A stretch of DNA of 54,484 nucleotides. Origin: an uncultured Clostridia bacterium (GTDB lineage: Bacteria > Bacillota > Clostridia > Christensenellales > UBA1242). The position numbers and the translations under genes were made by a program. Shown piece after piece: positions 54,467 to 54,484 of the stretch (its first letter is position 1; each line of letters starts with the position of its first letter). Location: the NCBI GenBank assembly GCA_934754445.1, contig CAKVHZ010000005.1, positions 1 to 54,484 on the forward strand. The letters are read 5' to 3'. The notes below the pieces were generated by a model. It worked only from the letters and a program-made list of their open reading frames with translations, made no database searches and was not told the origin of the DNA.

Positions 54467-54484
54467 AAAAGAGCGTCGAATAAA

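Overview
Origin-proximal chromosome segment of a very AT-rich (judged by eye, not computed) endospore-forming Firmicute. Sporulation markers present: sigH, spoIIE, yabP-yabQ-divIC, a gerA-type germinant-receptor operon and a BclA-like collagen protein. Housekeeping backbone: two ABC exporter halves; mrnC-rlmB-sigH-dnaX-ybaB-recR; tmk, yhbY, lepB; parB-parA-rsmG with three perfect parS sites; recF, dnaA, dnaN; maf; four tRNAs (Glu, Arg, fMet, Met); spoIIE; tilS. Accessory content: a GT8/acyltransferase/methyltransferase operon, a processive GT2 plus acyltransferase pair, a GT80 (sialyltransferase-like) protein, a YdjI/YdjG-like SPFH plus zinc-ribbon cluster, and an XRE-regulator plus truncated RelA/SpoT-homologue pair. 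I saw no transposase, integrase, CRISPR array or rRNA. Best-supported unusual signals: (1) dnaX stops right after an A10G run that contains the E. coli-type A_AAA_AAG heptamer in phase, while the -1 frame stays open for 179 codons (stop included) and encodes the missing tau C-terminus. This is either recoding/transcriptional slippage with polarity opposite to E. coli, or a homopolymer error. (2) The origin region is rearranged: recF is inverted upstream of dnaA, and dnaA and dnaN are 6.8 kb apart. (3) A hydrolase-only-looking RSH protein is translationally coupled to an HTH protein. (4) A GT80-like glycosyltransferase is present in a spore former. (5) tRNA-Glu-derived fragments, including an 18-nt direct repeat, lie next to the intact tRNA-Glu. 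All product calls come from motif recognition by eye; no database search was run.
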